Shown: positions 37,090-50,017 of the stretch, in pieces
Layout: every line of letters begins with the position of its first letter
Numbering within the stretch: the stretch's first letter is position 1
Origin: Eledone cirrhosa
Lineage: Eukaryota
Reading direction: 5' to 3'
Assembly (NCBI GenBank): GCA_964016885.1
Contig: OZ024740.1
Coordinates: forward strand, 357,926,001 to 357,990,000
DNA: 64,000 nucleotides
The notes under the pieces: generated by a model
Told to the model about the DNA's origin: nothing
Databases searched by the model: none
The model's input: only the letters and a program-made list of their open reading frames with translations
Position numbers and translations under genes: made by a program

Positions 37090-39490
37090 CTCTTTAGCAT
37101 TCACATTGAATTGTCAAATGTCATGTTCATCTATTCGCAATATTTTCACTTAATTATACTCAAGAGGGTTATCAATTTTATTTGTTTGTAATTACTTTAA
37201 TTTTCTATGTACAGACTTGAAATTTTGTCAGTAGATGTTTAAATAACTATAATTTACAATTATATATTTTTACCTGATTTTTTTTTGTTAAATTTGACTT
37301 TTATGGGCAGGTGAAATTAATTAACAGGTGTAAAAGTAATAACTTTATGGATAAACACAAACATTTAAACTTTATCTGCCTTACCTGTTAGATTCGTTGC
37401 AAAAATCCAATAATGACCTAGATGCTGATTTCCATCAATTCTAGCAGTTTTCCGAACAGGTGAATTAATTAAAAATGCAGGTGTAATCAGTACAAGGTTT
37501 TAGTCTTTCTCTACATTCCAGGCAAATATTTTCATTGAAAAAAATGTATAAAACCTTTTCACCAGTCAAAATAATATTGGCAATGTACTCTTACACAATG
37601 TACGGTGTAAATTTACGTAACAGAATGTTCCCAATATATAAGTTCATTAACAGGTGTGATGCAGGTGTGACACAGGTGTTTTTGTATATGTGTTCTAATA
37701 TATTTTTAAAATATTGTTTTCAATATTGTCAGACGATATTTCTATCGTGATACTGCCCAAAATACCCTTTACATAATGGCACTTTGCAAAAGGAACACAT
37801 AAATAGGGTTTGGATTGCGTAACCTTTAACAGTTTTTCTCTTTTGCAAAGAGCACAATCGGCAAACCTTCCTCCTACCATCAATTCTCTCCACTTTGTGA
37901 AAATCAATATTTTCTTTGTGAACCACTGCTAATTTTGATTTTTTCCCAGCTTTGTGTTTGCGAGAAGTATATCCTCCACGTAGCTGGGGTACAATGTCCA
38001 CACGAAACTTCATATGACAGTAGTCCTTTGGTGGTGGTGGATCCTTGTGGCTTTTAGTAAATACAATAAAAAAATTCACAATGGTTAAATTCACTAAAAA
38101 CCACAAGATGTACCTCCACCATTTCTTTCCAGGGCGTCCAACTGGGTAATATGCACAATACTGGTCAGATTTGTCAACCCCACCCATATATTTATTGTAG
38201 GAGAGGTTACTAAAGGTTTATCCTCAGCCCCAACACCTGGTTGTTGGTTAGAACTCAGGAACAAAATTTGCCGTTTGTCTTTGAACACTGTGGCTAACAT
38301 GTTCCCTTTTTGCATTTGGAGAATGTCCCCTCTGTTTTTCAGTTTCGCAACTTTTATTTCTTGGGGTAGCCCTTTCCGATTGCTCATTATTGTGCCGCAG
38401 GTGTACGTATTTACAAGGGAAAGATCCTCTGCTAAAAGCACCGAAGAAAAAAAACGGTCAAAATATATATGTCTGTGTTGAGAGTGGAAGGGTTGGGTCA
38501 GCGACCACACAACATCGTAACCCAACCCGTGTTTTCTTTCTCCGTTATGTTTTTTTCCTGTGAAAACATCAAAGTTTACACAGTATCCTGTGTCCGATTC
38601 ACACAGTTCCCACACTTTGATGCCCCATTTTGTGGGTTTAGCTGGCATATACTGTCTGAAATGAACCCTACCCTTACACCCAATCATACCTTCATCAATA
38701 CTAAGATTTTTTCGACAACATTTCAATTAATGGTCGTACTTTTTACAGTGGGTCGTAATTTGTTTCATTTCTACCAAGGGCATTTGAAGTATCAACCAGG
38801 TGCAAATACTGGTTTAATTTGATGAATCTCGTTTTTGCTAAAATACTAGATATATAAGGGTCACCATACCTTATATCAGTACTTCAATAATTCCACATTC
38901 TTGGAAATTGTTTAATACCAAACATATTTATGGTAAAAAACGCTTTCATTTCAGCAGAATCTGTCGGACGCCATAACAGATCGGGTTTTCCTCGATTAGA
39001 ATTTCGAAGAAAGTTTGTGGTAAAAATAAAAAATAAAAATCCAGTGCTTTAGCATCGGGTGGTAATGTGTGTTGTGGTCCAGTATTTTCAGTAAAATCCG
39101 AAACATGTATTGGTGTTGTTTCTTTCAACCACGTTGCTGTTTTTTCAATGGTGTCAGTCAAATCTTTCACTTTCAAAGTAACTATCATCATTATCAGATA
39201 TATCAGAAATAAATATATCTGATTCGTTTGAAGATAAATCACTATTATTATCTTCTGTTTCTTTTTGATCTCGAATGTCGTCGGATGTAAAACCTTCAAA
39301 TTCGTTGTCGCTACTTTCGGAAGCCATGTTACACTTTCAACGTTAAAAACACGTGTTATCGCAAGTTCTTTAACTATACTAAGAGTTAATTTTCGCGATC
39401 CAAGTAATGAATAACGTTTCATTACTTCTGTAAATTATGCTTTATTGATATAATATATTATTCTGTACACTACTGAAGACGTTTATGCTT
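37090..39490 (-). mobile_element. piggyBac transposon, decayed
   Basis: Acidic N-terminus MASESSDNEFEGF (ATG 39327), SIDEGM...YMPAKPTKWGIK, FDRFF, GGVDKSDQ and a C-terminal Cys-rich domain. Frameshift at ~38190 and an internal deletion. Terminus ctaa|CTCTTTAGCATTCA at 37090. Confidence 0.9.
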
Positions 39491-39491
39491 A

Positions 39492-39548
<57 letters not shown>

Positions 39549-39550
<2 letters not shown>

Positions 39551-41248
39551 GATAACAAGTTATCGATTTAGGTAATCCAGTTAGAGGTTGTGAGTACTCT
39601 GTACTATGGATAGTTTTAACGTACGGCGTTGTTTGACTCAACAAGAGGTTTCCTTAGTTAGGTAGCGAGTTTGCGAGAATTCCTATGGAGTAATAGTAGT
39701 GAAAGAATGAAGAATAACATAGTCAGCTGTACAAAAAGGGTTTTATTTACAGTATTAACAATTGTTTCATTGATCAGGTGAGTCTAAAGGCCGCTGATCA
39801 CTCGAAGTTGCGTCACTCGATCTTAAATACAGTGCGTGTTTCTCTGATCAAATCATCGGAATACTGGAGGGTGTAACACATGGCATTGGTATTTATAGAT
39901 ACATCGGAAAATCAAGCGAATGAAAACAATAACATCAATAATAAGAGATAATAAAAGATAATAATAAAGAAGATAGAATGAAAATTATAAAGATGTAAAA
40001 AATAAGCAAAAAATAAGTACAGAATACGATTGCTGATAATAGTAGTGGTGGTTGTGGTAGTTGAAGTTATAGTGGTGAGTAAGTGGATGTGTAAAATAGT
40101 GATGATGGTAAAGATAACAATAACATGAAAAGAAATACTAAATACATGATATGTAGTATAAATGCAAGAGGTATAATCAAATTTTAGAGGATTAAAATAA
40201 AAAAAAAAACAGATAAAAAATAATAAATACAAAATAAGTAAGAGAGGAAGAGATAAGGGACAGGAGACAGAGAGTGAGGATAAGGATTCGAGGATGAGAC
40301 ATAAGGGGGTAAGGTGGGGTGGGTGTGTGGGAGAAGTAGATAGATAGAGAATAAAAAGTGAAAGGGGCAGTGATGATATAGGGTGGTTAATGTCTGATTG
40401 TTTTATTTTAATGGAGGTGATGCGGCTAGAGAGAGAGAGAGAGAGAGAGAGTGAAAGAAAGGTTGGGAGATTTATGATGTTGATTTAATGACCAGTTGGT
40501 CAGTTGACAGCTAATAACAGTCGGTGGTGTGGAGCTAGTACATTAAAACCCGGGTGGTTCTGCTTGAATTCTGAGATTGCTGGATCGAATCATGCCGGTT
40601 TGAAGTTAGAGAACTTGGTAGCTGCTTTGTACCTACAGAAAATTGATCGTTCTATTTTGTTGTTAAGCAGCATTTTATCGTACTTTCATATTGCAAAGTC
40701 CGCAGTGGGACATTCTATTATTGTAGGCCCTTGCACTCGATAACTTCGACCAGCTAATCTCATATTCCTGGTTGTTGTCCTTAAGCTGCCAGATTTTATT
40801 GGCCAGCGTCGTTGAGTTCTCTAGTCTACGGTTTTTTACAGAATGTCTATGTACATACCATCTATTTTTGAATTCCCCAGCAGTAGAACCTATGTAGTGC
40901 CATGCTAAGTTGCCTGATTTGATAGTACACAGGTACACTATACTTAATTCCAGGCATCTATTTTGTAGTGGGCATTTATCTGGCAGGTGACAGTGACACT
41001 TGGAGGCCTTCCTGTGTGCAGGTTCTCCGTTGCGGTTTTGTATGTTGTTAGGGATGGGCTGAGATTTAGGTTTATTGATGTTTTGTTGCGATGTGCCCTG
41101 GCGTGTGTGTGGTTGTGATGTTGTTATGTGTTTGCGTTTTGTATTTGGTGCTATGGTGTATGTTGGTAGGTTATTTTCCTTAGAGATTCTTCTATAGTTG
41201 ATTTTATACATGTGTGATTCTATGTTGGCTGCAATAGAGTAAGAGAGC
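39549..41248 (-). mobile_element. Penelope-like element, 5'-truncated, GIY-YIG endonuclease plus pLTR
   Basis: ORF 40675-41211 has a Cys linker (CHC...CPL...CL), IVY...YIGST..FKNRW..H and CGLC. Downstream non-coding tail carries an HHR; (TA)n on both flanks (39497-39548, 41249-41262). Confidence 0.9.
39750..39866 (-). ncRNA. Type I hammerhead ribozyme with long stem-II loop (variant core)
   Basis: CAGTATT-CCGATGA-TTTGATCAG[66 nt]CTGATCAAT-GAAA-CAATTG-TT-AATACTG: stem I 7 bp, stem II 8 bp, palindromic stem III ACAATTGT, GUU triplet. Core has U4->C. Confidence 0.7.
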
Positions 41249-41339
41249 TATATATATATATAAATATTCATTTTTCTTTGGATTTTCTCTGTAGAGATAT
41301 GTTGAATACTCTCTAGGAGTGTGGAATAATGGATTATGT

Positions 41340-41533
41340 AATAATTGTTTCTACTTTTGGCACAAGGCCAACAATTATCTCGTGTATTATCGGTACTTTA
41401 TTTTATCAACCCACGTAAGGATGAAAGGCAAAGTTGGCTTCAGCGGAATTTGAACTCAGACCGTAAAGGGATGTAACTCTATGCTGCAAGGCATGACGTC
41501 CGACCTTCTACTGATACTGCCAATCCACCGCCT
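41340..41533 (-). mobile_element. SINE family A
   Basis: Reverse complement of the 9893-type sequence. Confidence 0.9.
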
Positions 41534-42386
41534 TCTGGATTATGTAATAATGTAGACCTCATAGGTTCATTATGTAGTGTATTGAAACATATGTAAGTCT
41601 TTCCAGAATACAATAAATAAATCCTTGAATATCAGCAAATGTGCCTTGTTTTTCTATTAATCTGTGTGTGTGTGTGTGTGTGTGTATATAATTTTCGTCA
41701 TCATCATCATTTAACATCCGTTTTCCTTGCTAACAAGAGTTGGCTAGGTCTTCACTAACCGAGTCAGTATTGAAGCAGGTCTACTGACCTCTGTGACAGG
41801 CCCGGGGTATCCACATCTTGTTTACATACAGTCCCACACTCTATTAAGTGCCTTTTATCATGCTGTCAGCACTAGAGAGGTTGTTGTGTCTTTAACAACT
41901 GAAGGGTTTTCTCAACCCTTTTGGCATAGTTTATGGTTTCTACAGTGGGGTGCCCTTCTTGTTGTCAACCAATTTTGAGTGCTATTTCTAGCATCATTAA
42001 AAACATGTCATAGTGTCCTGATATACAGATATATATATATGTGGTTGAATGATGCACATGTTGTTGAATGTACCATGCTGTTTCAATAAGGACATGGTTT
42101 GTATGCTATCTATTGAATATTTTTCTACAAAGAATTCCCCTTAAGGACAAAATTTCTTCCAATATTAGCAGTCTTAATTTATTGAGATAATTTCTTAATT
42201 GCAGAAACTGCAGTTTGGGACGTTATATGAGCAATCATGACTTATTTTAATTTATCTAGCTTATGTTGCCCCAATTGAGATTTTTGGCTTAAGTTAAATA
42301 TGTGTAAATGCTTCTCTGATTTGACGTTTATCTTTTCATTAAGATTTCTAAGTATATTAGAAACAAATAACTTTCTGTTTGATATA

Positions 42387-42559
42387 CGAGGGCAATCTCA
42401 AAAGTAAGGTCTCCTTCCGATATTGCAACTTTTCCGTTAAAATCCTGTGGATGGTGCTTCGGGAAACCTCAGGAACCAAAATGCAGAGAGCATCCAGAGT
42501 GATCCGCCGATATTTACGCATGTTTTCCTTGGAAGGAGACCTTACTTTGGGATTGCCCT
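42387..42559. mobile_element. Mariner-type MITE
   Basis: TA|CGAGGGCAATCTCAAAAGTAAGGTCTCCTTCC ... GGAAGGAGACCTTACTTTGGGATTGCCCT inverted termini. The right tip abuts an RTE. Confidence 0.75.
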
Positions 42560-43555
42560 AACTCTTTCAATTGCGCAGAGGGCTCTATAGAAATAGTGGA
42601 TAGCTTCCGTTACCTGGGTGACAAAATCAGCAGTGGGGGAGGGTGCTCCGAAAGTACAGTAGCTAGAGTCAGAACTGGATGGAAAAAGTTCAGAGAGCTT
42701 ATACCACTATTAGCCGCTAAAGGGTTCTCCCTAAAAATGAAAAGCAGCATACGAACAGCAATGTTGCATGGCAGTGAGACCTGGGCATTATGCGCAGAGG
42801 ATATACGCAGACTAGAGAGGAACGAAGCTTGCATACTCCGCTGGATGTGTAATAGTAATATACGTGAACGGCAAAGCATAAACGAACTAAGGAAAAAATT
42901 AGAAATAAGAGGGATCAGATGTTGTTTACTCGAGAGAAGGCTACGTTGGTACGGACACGTGATGCGCATGAAAGTCGATAGCTGTATAACAAAGTGCAGG
43001 GCAATAAAGATAGACGGTAGCCACGGAATAGGCAGACCTAGAAAATCCTGGGACGAGCTGATAAACTCCGACCTCACACACTTACACCTCTCCAAGACAA
43101 TGTCACTGGACTGAGACCTTTGGCGGTACTCAGTAATAGAGAAGACCCGCCTTACCTAAATACATAGTAAAACCTACTACAGCCAGTAGGCATCTCTAAC
43201 AAAATACACCCCCGTCCCACCACCCACACCCCCATCCAGACCACCCCCTCCTATGTAAAGTTATGTTGGTGCCACAACATCCAGGCCGAAACAAATGAGA
43301 TCGTGTAGGTGTCACAACAAAAAAACACACAGTCCACGCTGTAATGTGGCCGTGTAGGCAACACGGTAAAAACCTCCCAGTCCCACACTGTAAATGTGGT
43401 TGGTGTTAGGAAGGGCATCCAACTGTAGAAAACCTGCCAGACAGTCCTATGTGAGCAAGACAATCACTCTTGCCTCAAGTGGGAAAACCCCCGTCCAAAC
43501 CCATGCATGCGTGGAACACGGACGTTAAACGTTGATGATGATGATGATGATGATA
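42560..43555 (+). mobile_element. RTE LINE 3' fragment, close relative of 11375-12368
   Basis: ORF 42596-43114 is nearly identical to 11409-11987, with the same 3'UTR and (GAT)n tail. Confidence 0.95.
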
Positions 43556-43767
43556 ATAACTGCACAAAATTCGCACTTGGTGGTAGCGTTCAACGGGACC
43601 TCTATTCTCAACGGCTGCCAAGCTAAGATTGAGCATCCCAGCAAAGCGCGCGCATGCTTGTTTGGGAGTGAAGGAAGCACCAATCACAACAGTGTTGCCA
43701 ACAGCCGTACGAACAGTTTCTCTGCGTCCCCATTGCTTTGGAAACCTTACTTTTAGGATTACCATTG
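43556..43767 (-). mobile_element. Mariner 5' end fragment
   Basis: TA|CAATGGTAATCCTAAAAGTAAGGTTTCC resembles the 42387 TIR and leads into a KCEFCAVI transposase-start-like sequence. Confidence 0.55.
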
Positions 43768-44802
43768 TATATATAAACTGCTCACACTCTAAGCCTTTGT
43801 TTTCTACCTTAATCAAATTTTCCTTTCTATGCTATTATCCTTTCTTCAAGTTATCTCTGATCCTGTTCTGCTATTTTTGCTTCCAACTATTTCACTTTAG
43901 GCTTCCCTATAATTTTTGTTTCTCTATATGAACAACATAACACACTTTGAAGCCTGTATCTTTTATAAATCATTTCAGTGCATTAGTGTTTATAAATATT
44001 CAAAATTACTTTACTATACTTGGCTGAATAAGTAAGCAGCTTATATTTATAGTACTAAAAGAAATTCATAAGCCAGAAAGTAAAAATTAATAGACTAATA
44101 TATTCTCCTCTCATATATTTTATTTCACATAATTTCTTAAGGCATGAAATGTTAAGCAGGTATGGTTATCAATTGAGTAACCTTCTCTTATATGTATATA
44201 ACTGAACGAAGAAGCCTCAATATGAATACTAGATCAGTTAGAAAAACAGCTAGATTTCACTCCACTATTTTAAAAAGGAAAGAACAATTCGATCATATAT
44301 TCCCAAATATTGTAGACCTGAGAACGGAATAAAAGACAGAATATTGATGGTGGAGTGATTTTGATCATAGGTTTTAAACAATAGCTAAAATAGCACACAC
44401 ACTTTTTATTGCCTTTCTGTTTTCCCATTCAACAACTTCCTGAATATTTCAAAAAGAACAAGCTGGTTTCAAATTGTGCAAAGGCCTTCTCACTTCCAGC
44501 ATAGCTTCCTGATTCTGTTGCTATTACTAATGACAATGATGATGATGATGGTGATGGAAATTTTTCTGACATACATCTACTGCCAGAGAAATTTCATCAA
44601 TAGGAAAAACACTATATCACTAAGAATAATGCTCATGAACTCTATTTTATAAATTAGAAATAACTACTTATAATAGTTTATCGTGGGCTAACAATGCACT
44701 GAAAGGAAGAGAAAGTAAATCCAGATAAAAAAAAAAACACATCTACCAATAAAATCATTTGTTTTAATAGTATGTTTTAATAGTATGTTAATCATTTGTT
44801 TT

Positions 44803-45131
44803 AATAATTGTTTCTACTTTAGGCACAAGGCCAGCAATTACCCAGTGCATTACTGGTACTTTATTTTATCGACCCCGTAAGGATGAGACCCCGTAAGGAT
44901 GAAAGGCAAAGTCAACCTCGGCAGGATTTGAACTCAGATCGTAAAGGGACGTAACTATGCTGAAAAGCATGGCGCCCGACCCTCTACCGATACTGCCAAT
45001 CCACCACCATCATTTGTTTTAATAATTGTTTCTACTTTAGGCACAAGGCCAGCAATTACCCAGTGCATTACTGGTACTTTATTTTATCGACCCCGTAAGG
45101 ATGAAAGGCAAAGTCAACCTCGGCGGGATTT
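44803..45131 (-). mobile_element. SINE family A, full copy (with short internal duplication) plus tandem partial copy
   Basis: gaccccgtaaggatga duplicated at ~44871-44902; second partial copy at 45020-45131. Confidence 0.9.
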
Positions 45132-46899
45132 GTTTTAATAATGATGTTAAGAAAGGCGTGGATATCATAGTCTCATTTCTCCTCTCATATAAATGTGAAT
45201 CTGTTTAGGAAACAATGCAGGATTTCAAATTGTGTGTGTTGTTCTAATGTCAAATATGGCAACATTATCTGGGAATCATAGGCCACTAAGTTATGAGCAG
45301 CCCTTTTCTAGCAGTGGGATTCAGTTCAACCAAAAATTGGTTTGCAGCATTCAAATAGTAATTTAACTCTTACCATCCTGTACATCGCAAAACATTTTTG
45401 AAAAACATAAACCAATACTTTGACTGCATCACATTAAACATTTAAATGTTTATTTTAGTTTACTGCAAATTTTCACAGTGATCTGTCTGCTAATGAAAAT
45501 ACTATAAACATTTGAATTAACAAACCTTGCTAAATCTTTACAGGTGTTGACAAGTTCAAAAATATTGTATGTAGTAGAGAGTACACCATATATTAAATTA
45601 AGTAAATCTTAAAATATGATAAAGAGAATGCCTGCATGAGTAATAGAGACAAAGAAAGGAAATTGTTCGAATTAACAGTTTGTCTTCAAGATTATACTAG
45701 AAAATTTAAATAAAAGGTTAGTGTTTATATAATTATGACATTATTTGTGCTGTACAAAAAGTCATAATGGGTAGCTGTTGATTGCCTATGGTTTTTGTAA
45801 ACAATATGCAATGAAAAGGCATGAAACTGATTGCAACTAAATGCTGAGTCAATAAGAAAGTTTCTACATGGTTACACAATCTGCTAGAAACAATAGCCAA
45901 CTTCCTCTATAAACTCATTGTATTGCCTTAGAAAAAATAAGTAAACACTGAATAATGTAGCTCTACATGTACTTATGACAATTGGATGGTCATGGCTAGA
46001 ATTGAAGTGTTTTGTTTTCAGAAGACTGTTCAATTAGGACTCACATGGGGCTCAAGTTGTTGACCCGCTCCTGGTGACCCTGGAACCTGATCACTGATCT
46101 CGATCAGATGAACAACAACAAGGTGTGGTAGCAACAGTCTTATATGCAAGAAGGACTGATATATGGCTAAAAAACAACACAACAACAACTTGCTATATGA
46201 GACCAGATCATAAGCATATTTTATTTCCAATGAAGTAGAAGAAATATAACACATAAGATAACATAAAATGTCATGCTGAAAAAATAAAAAATAGTTATTG
46301 GGTTTATACTAGCCATGAGAGAGGGTTGTGTTATTTATAGAAATAATTTTAACTTAATATTGTGTACTGCAGGAAACTGCATTAGAAAATCATACTTGAA
46401 AAATACAATAGAACATGAAAAATTGAAGTCTTTACTCTAATACTGTTTCAAAATCTAATACTATATTCACAATCTGTCCAGTAGTAGATATACTATAAAC
46501 ATTTGTATTAAGAAACTTGCTTTTAGATTTTTGTGCTCAATCCTTACAGGATGTTAAGAGTTAAAGGGGAGGCAATAAATTTACAAGGTATCAAACCTTT
46601 TCCAATAGGTTTCATATATACTGGAATGAATTATCAAGTGAGTAAAGTGTAATCAACCAAACTAAAATAGTCTTGATAGATATGAGTAGAAGACTTAATT
46701 TGAAATATCCTTCAACATATTGAAGGTGTGTACAAGCTGAGGAAACTTCCTCAGCTTGTCCACACCTACTGCTAATCAATCAACTATAAATGGCAACTAA
46801 ATATTCCTCAAATCACACCCTCCTCCTCCTCCTCCTCCTCCTCCTCCTCCTTCTTCTTCTTCTCCCCATCCTCTTCCTCCTCCCTCTTCCTCCTCCTTT

Positions 46900-47370
46900 T
46901 TTTCCTTCTTCTTTGCCCATCTATTCCAAGAAGGATCATGGGGGAAGAGTCCTAAGGCACACCTTCCAGCAAGTCTTGTCAGAAGCAATTACCTTTAATT
47001 GATCTGGCTGGATCCCCAGGCGAGACCAGCTGAGCCCATGGATGTTATGCAACTATCTTGTTCAGTGTCTGCCCTTATGTCTCTTGCCAGCTGGTTTTGC
47101 TTGTAAAATCTGTCCAGAAATTTTTTTCCTTCAACATTCTGATCACATATCCATAGCATCAGAGCTCTGTAATTCAGAGAAGTAGAAACTCTACATTGAG
47201 TGACTTCCTCATCTTTGAGCTATACACTCTGTTGAGTAACATTACTCCAAGGACTCTTTGGAGGAATCCCATTTTGACCGCTTGTATTCAAAATAATATT
47301 CTTTTGATCATTACCCAGGATTCATGACCATAATTAAGGGTTGGCACAAACTGATTGAAGATAGCAAATT
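46900..47370 (-). mobile_element. Degraded RTE-like LINE 3' fragment
   Basis: Minus strand gives HESWVM..RI..IQAVKMGFLQRVLGV...KPAGKR..GR remnants and ends in (GAG/GAA)n. Confidence 0.6.
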
Positions 47371-47494
47371 TGTCTTTTACACCAACCTCCTTTTTTTCTG
47401 ATAACCCAGCTGCTTAAATAAAGAAGGACTCATTGTAAAATGTAGTCCTAGATATACAAAAAAATTGGAATGGCAAATCTGGAACACTAGGATA

Positions 47495-47937
47495 AACAGC
47501 AACGACAGTAACAGTAGCAGTAACAACAACAGCAGCAGTTGTAGTAATAACAACAACAGCAACAACATTAGCAGCAGCAACAGTAGCAGAAGCAACAGCA
47601 ACAGCAGCAACAGTAGGAGTAGCAATAGTAACAACAGCAACAGCAGTAGCAACAACAACAACAACAACAACAACAAACAACAAATAACAAACAACAACAA
47701 CAGCAGCAACAGCATCAGTAGTGGATGCAACAGCAACACTTGAAGTAGTAATAGTAACAACAGCAACAGTAGCAACAACAGCAGCAGCAGTAGCAACAAC
47801 AACAACAGAAACACCAACAGCAATAGGAGCAGCAACAGTATCAGAAGCAACAGCAACAACAACAGCAGCAACAGTAGGTGTAGCAATAGTAACAACAGCA
47901 ACAATAGCAACAACAGCAGAAGCAGAAACATCAGCAA
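47495..47937. repeat. Compound (AGC/AAC/AGT)n low-complexity tract
   Basis: Directly visible; produces poly-L, poly-S/N and poly-T/A ORFs in four frames. Confidence 0.9.
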
Positions 47938-48310
47938 TCAAAATATATTAGCCTTATGTGACCATTGAGAAGGAACACAAATGATTGCTTACAGTATATC
48001 TTGGTTGTGTTGATTGCCATTATATCCAAATCTAGAGACCCAAAGTTGTTATGCAAAGTGACATTGCTTCCAGGCTGACCCTCAGGTCATGTGCATGTAT
48101 AGAATAAACCTTTAGAATGGTCATGTTTAGCAGAGTAAAAGTAGGTTCTTGAAGAACAGATAACCTGGTCTTCTTGGTTTTGTAGACGGATGAGTAAGTG
48201 AGTAGGGGCTCCTTGGAGGGCTTTTCAAAAGGTTCTTGTCTTCTTTGTCCCAGATCATTATCACTTTACCTGGGAATTTTCTGTTTAGGTCCCTGTACAT
48301 TTCTTACATG

Positions 48311-48398
<88 letters not shown>

Positions 48399-48655
48399 AG
48401 TACATTCTTTTATTTTCTTTATCTCTCCTCCCCATACATACATACCTCTGTCACCATCTCAATCCAGCTATCTGAATCTCTTTGCAGTAAATATTTTGCA
48501 CCAATTGCTATGGGCAAATAAAACCCCACCACACACCTTGTACTGTTGGCATGTTGACCAGGCAGACCTGTATAACTAGTGAAAACAACATAAATGAAAG
48601 AACATTGAATGAAATGAAACAAAAAAGTGAATGCTGATGACATTGATGATGATGT

Positions 48656-48691
<36 letters not shown>

Positions 48692-49449
48692 CATGAGAGC
48701 ATTGACAAGGGTCTTAACAATGATGACGATGATGGTGATGATTGTGGGAATGTCTAGGACAAGGAATATATGACATGACATTAACTGCAATATGCTTGCA
48801 TAACCTGATCATTGTTATCATGTATTTTGTAAATAGGAATCACGTACATTGTTTGTTAAATCTGTTACTTTTCTTTCTCATCACTCACAGCATGCACATA
48901 AAAATAGCTATACACATATACAAACAAACAAATATGTACACACACATAAAAATAGCTATACAGATAAACAAAAAACAAATATGCACACACATACAAACAC
49001 ACACACACACACAAAATAGTTATACTCATATACAAACAAACAAATATGCACACACACAAACACACAAACCATACAAACAGGTCTTCATAGCATAAGATTC
49101 TAAATTTAGACAAAGAAAATTGATGTACTAAGGAATAGTGGACTAACTAATTTAAATAGGTCAAGTGACTATGTAAAAGGGCTCACAGTAATGCCAAAAG
49201 ATCTCTGTAAAGAAAAAGAATACAAACAGGAGTATAAAGTATTTTCTTTCACACAGTAAGGGTAAAAAAAATATAGGATATTTCAATGTTTCAGACAATG
49301 ATCCTTCATTAAAAAGAAAGGAGAAGAGGAGCTCCGTAACTCTTAATTTTCATTGCATGCTTTCACTGCATTACCAAGCACAGCACTGTATTTTTGTGTT
49401 GTTGTTTCTATTATATTCAAAGTATTCTACATAATATATATGTAGTGCC

Positions 49450-49660
49450 TAATAATGGTTTCTGATTTAGGCACAAGGCCAGCAATGTTTGAAGAGGGAA
49501 AGGTCGATTAAATCAACTCCAGTGATTGACTGCTACTTTATTTTATCGACATTGTAAGGATGAAAGGCAAAGCTAACTTGGATTTGAATATAGAACATAA
49601 AGGGACGTAACTCTATGCCACAAAGCATGGAGTCCAATGCTCTACTGAAACTGCCAATCC
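49450..49660 (-). mobile_element. SINE family A, diverged
   Basis: aggcacaaggccagcaat...actttattttatcgac...aggatgaaaggcaaag. Confidence 0.85.
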
Positions 49661-49754
49661 ATGTACTGAATGTACTATATATTTGTAGGTCTTTAGGTTT
49701 TGGTTATGAATGCCGTCTAACCCATGCTAGTGTGGAAGAATGGACGTAAAACGG

Positions 49755-49791
<37 letters not shown>

Positions 49792-49865
49792 TGCATCTGG
49801 ACACTTATTGTGGGGGTTCTTTCTGTTCTCATCATCTACATTCTAGCTATTTCTATTTCCAGATC

Positions 49866-49917
<52 letters not shown>

Positions 49918-50016
49918 CTTCTTCTTCTTCTTCTTCTTCTTCTTCTTCTTCTTCTTCTTCTTCTTCTTCTTCTTCTTCTTCTTCTTCTTCTTCTTCTTCT
50001 TCTTCTTCTTCTTCTT
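49866..50016. repeat. (GTT)n(CTT)n compound microsatellite at the R4-like element 3' end
   Basis: Directly visible. Confidence 0.95.
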
Positions 50017-50017
50017 T

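Noticed and set aside
43741-43757. AAAA|GTAAGG minus-strand splice donor
   Set aside because: Better explained as part of a mariner TIR matching 42387-42418.
49278-49315. Minus-strand TTAATGAAGGATCATTGTCTGAAACATTG resembling a hammerhead core
   Set aside because: Core, stem III and stem I are all broken; too degenerate to call.
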